This document shows, one piece after another, positions 36,224-38,671 of a DNA stretch of 38,671 nt. The stretch's first letter is position 1, and the number at the start of each line of letters is the position of its first letter. The stretch covers positions 1 to 38,671 of the forward strand of contig DAOWJD010000003.1 of NCBI GenBank assembly GCA_030640565.1. The letters run 5' to 3'. Below the pieces are notes generated by a model. The model saw nothing but the letters and a program-made list of their open reading frames with translations, was not told where the DNA came from and made no database searches. The position numbers and the translations under genes were made by a program. This DNA comes from Nanobdellota archaeon. GTDB lineage: Archaea; Nanobdellota; Nanobdellia; Pacearchaeales; GW2011-AR1.

Positions 36224-36661
36224 TTATTTCTCCCAGCAAAACAATTTCAATTGTCTTGGATTAAACTTAGTAAGTGTTGAAGTTATAAGAATTGATTGCA
36301 CATAAACATTTATTTCAGATTCTCCCTCTAACAAACATGAGCTTTCTGGAGGACAGATTTTTGCAACACATTCAAATAATTCTGGTGTTTTAGCAATTAT
36401 CTTATTCTTTGTTTCAGTAGGAAATGGAGGAAACTCATCCCATTCAATTGTTTCACTTGTTTCAAGAATCTCATTCCTTAAAGTATTGTTTAACTGTATT
36501 TCTTTTAAAATAAACATTTCAATATCATAGACTTGTTCAAAAATATCATCTCTTTGAACCCCTCCTCCGACAACAATAATAGCAGCACCAATCACTATCA
36601 AAATCGCAGCAAAAGCCTCTGCAATTCTTATCCATCCTTTATTGTTTTTTTTACTTATCAT
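36224..36661 (-). CDS. Pilin-like protein with a class III-like signal peptide
   Basis: KKNNKG|WIRIAEAFAAILIV: basic leader, Gly, hydrophobic helix; in operon with TadC-like genes. Confidence 0.65.
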   Translation of the reverse strand: MISKKNNKGWIRIAEAFAAILIVIGAAIIVVGGGVQRDDIFEQVYDIEMFILKEIQLNNTLRNEILETSETIEWDEFPPFPTETKNKIIAKTPELFECVAKICPPESSCLLEGESEINVYVQSILITSTLTKFNPRQLKLFCWEK

Positions 36662-36680
36662 TTTAAATTTATTAACATCA

Positions 36681-37409
36681 TCACCAAATTCCTACATTTA
36701 GAGAACCGAATTCTCTGACAGCATCTTTACTTATGTATTGTATTGGAAATTCATCAACAAAAACATTTACTAAAACCTCTTTTTCTTCTGTTGAAATAAG
36801 GGTTCCATTGGCATAAATAAAATCAAGTCTAAATTCATTTCCTTGAGCAAGATTTAATTCCAATTTTAAGCTTTCATAATTATTATTATAACTTTCAATA
36901 ATTTGAATTATTCTTTTTTCAAAAATATTTTTTTCAGATTTTATAAGTCCAAAGGTATACTCTGATCCTTCACTTAATGGTTGACAATCAGACATTGTTC
37001 CTGTTTCTGTAGTGTTAAATTCTTCTGACCCATAAATTTTCAAAAATATTTCATTTCCAGGTGTTGCTACAAACAAACCCTGTCCTGAAATTTTAGCGTC
37101 GAGAACATTTCCATCCTTATTGCTTACAATAGTTCTATTCACAATGTCTACTTTATCAAAAAAACCAAGCAATTGCACACATGTTTGGGGGTTTACTGTA
37201 TCAATTAATATAGAAACACTTGTTAGCTCTGCCGAAGCCCTTTCTATTAATACCTCTTTAAAATAATCAAGTAGACCCTGATTATTTCCTGTTCCCAATG
37301 CTGGTCTAACTATTATATAAATAAAAATGATGAAAGTAACAAATATTACAAATGAAAGCACAACTCCCACATGAGATACAACTCCAAGACGAGACATTTT
37401 TCTTTTCAT
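36681..37409 (-). CDS. Pilin-like/T4P accessory protein
   Basis: GGAGGA SD; MKRKMSRLG followed by a hydrophobic helix; T4P context. Confidence 0.6.
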   Translation of the reverse strand: MKRKMSRLGVVSHVGVVLSFVIFVTFIIFIYIIVRPALGTGNNQGLLDYFKEVLIERASAELTSVSILIDTVNPQTCVQLLGFFDKVDIVNRTIVSNKDGNVLDAKISGQGLFVATPGNEIFLKIYGSEEFNTTETGTMSDCQPLSEGSEYTFGLIKSEKNIFEKRIIQIIESYNNNYESLKLELNLAQGNEFRLDFIYANGTLISTEEKEVLVNVFVDEFPIQYISKDAVREFGSLNVGIW

Positions 37410-37410
37410 A

Positions 37411-38250
37411 TCATCCTCCAAAGAGCACATTTGCTCCTGTTGCAATTAAAAATGAGAGTAATATTAAAACAAAAGAATGCCTAATTCCTGCCTTAATGTT
37501 TCCTTCTGATAATTTTCCAATAGCCAGGCCACTAAAAAATCCTTGTGCTAACAAAAGATAAAGAAAAGATGAAGATATTTCCTCTTGAGTTATTGGAGCA
37601 CCACCACCTGCACTTATTCCGGCAACTCCTCCTAAATCAGGAGCCATATCAATAAGCAAAGGAAGTATTTGAAACTGAAGTACGAGAATTATAACTATGA
37701 AAACAAAGAATATAATGTATCCTTGAACCACAAGAGTTGATATGGCAGCTTTCCTTTCTTTTTTTAATTTTTCCACAGTGCTTATTGCTTCTGTGACAGA
37801 TTCAAGTATCCCTCCTATTTCTCCTCCGCTTTTTTCTGCTTGACCTATTAATGTCAAGGCTCTTGATATTGCTCTATTTTTAATATCACGCGAAAAAGTC
37901 TGAAGAGCCTTTGCTAAAGGAATTCCTAAAGAAATTTGATTAGCTAATTTTTTAATATTTTCACTTAAAACTCCATAGGGTTTATCTTTTACATTAATTA
38001 TGCTTTTGTTTATTGGTGTTCCTGTTTTAACACTTTCAACAAGATTTCTTGAGAACTCTAAAAACATTTCTTCTTTTTCAGTAGAAATTCTTGTTTCATT
38101 AATTATTGAGAATACAAAAGGAGCAACACCAATCAAAATACCAGTTCCAAAGACAAAAAAGAAAAATCTTGTTCCAAATAAGAAAAAAGAGAATATAATA
38201 ATAGCTATAGAGAGACCAATCATGATCCAGTGTATTTTTTGAAATTTCAT
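37411..38250 (-). CDS. Type II secretion system F / TadC-like platform membrane protein
   Basis: LVESVKTGTP, YGVLS..IKKL..QISLGIP, AEKSGG.I..ILE, QGFFSGLAIGKLSEG. Confidence 0.88.
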   Translation of the reverse strand: MKFQKIHWIMIGLSIAIIIFSFFLFGTRFFFFVFGTGILIGVAPFVFSIINETRISTEKEEMFLEFSRNLVESVKTGTPINKSIINVKDKPYGVLSENIKKLANQISLGIPLAKALQTFSRDIKNRAISRALTLIGQAEKSGGEIGGILESVTEAISTVEKLKKERKAAISTLVVQGYIIFFVFIVIILVLQFQILPLLIDMAPDLGGVAGISAGGGAPITQEEISSSFLYLLLAQGFFSGLAIGKLSEGNIKAGIRHSFVLILLSFLIATGANVLFGG

Positions 38251-38251
38251 A

Positions 38252-38671
38252 TTAGGTTTTAGGTTGTTTTATATGTAAGAATGTCAGGAAAAAAAGATTG
38301 ACAAGTGAAACTGCAAGTATCATCACAAGACTAATCATAGAAGGACTTAACGAAATCCCTAAACCGCTTATTCTCATCATCATCAGCACTAACATTAAAA
38401 CCATAGGAGCAGCAATAACAATGCTGATATATATGTCCATGAGTGTTTCAGCAGTCTTTAATTGTTTTTCCATCTCTAATTTATGCTCAAAAAGAAGAGT
38501 TTTAGATCTTTCTCCAAAGAATTCCGGAAGATTTCCTCCTGATGTTATTGTTGTTGCCAGTCCATTAAACACATCAGCAAGTTTTCTGCTCGGGCTGTTA
38601 AACGACCTATTTCTAAGAGCAGTAACAAGGTCATAACCATAAATATTTATTTCATTTTGAAGTTTTATAAA
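38252..38671 (-). CDS. Type II secretion system F / TadB-C-like protein, 5'-truncated by the window edge
   Basis: Frame is open to the window end; GYDLVTAL...SPS..LA..FNGLATTITSGGNL, then TM helices. Confidence 0.85.
   Translation of the reverse strand, partial: FIKLQNEINIYGYDLVTALRNRSFNSPSRKLADVFNGLATTITSGGNLPEFFGERSKTLLFEHKLEMEKQLKTAETLMDIYISIVIAAPMVLMLVLMMMRISGLGISLSPSMISLVMILAVSLVNLFFLTFLHIKQPKT

Noticed and set aside
140..38636. Many short antisense or nested ORFs in the track (e.g. 140-475, 2820-3155, 4088-4390, 25619-25984, 34961-35389, 38298-38636)
   Set aside because: They lie opposite or inside well-supported genes and have the Phe/Ser/Leu-rich composition expected from antisense reading of Lys/Glu-rich genes.
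1..38671. tRNA, rRNA, CRISPR arrays, transposases, alternative genetic code
   Set aside because: Intergenic gaps are short and AT-rich with no cloverleaf or repeat-spacer pattern; no transposase motifs; conserved genes end at standard stops.

Overview
AT-rich, gene-dense archaeal chromosome segment using genetic code 11. Gene content points to a DPANN archaeon, probably Pacearchaeota/Woesearchaeota-like (inference): Mre11/Rad50, proteasome beta next to aCPSF1/FttA, class I CCA enzyme, archease-RtcB, OapABC-like genes, a presenilin-type protease, a Tad/T4P locus, and TATA boxes 21 nt before leaderless start codons. No rRNA, tRNA, CRISPR array or transposase was seen. The most unusual observations are: (1) two secreted proteins that look like bacterial outer-membrane beta-barrels, one translationally coupled to an Ig-domain metalloprotease, lying in units that share a distinct ATAGTAA-N2-TATA promoter; (2) a class II terpene-cyclase-like (DxDTT) domain fused to a SAM methyltransferase, placed between pilin-like genes and archease; (3) two dif-like 11-6-11 direct repeats bracketing an AbrB-nucleotidyltransferase module; (4) a membrane-tethered wHTH-TM-beta-propeller regulator with a candidate operator, inserted into the oap cluster; (5) a free-standing LAGLIDADG gene between archease and rtcB; (6) a one-base frameshift in an A9 run of aCPSF1. 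All family calls come from motif recognition by eye, not database searches.
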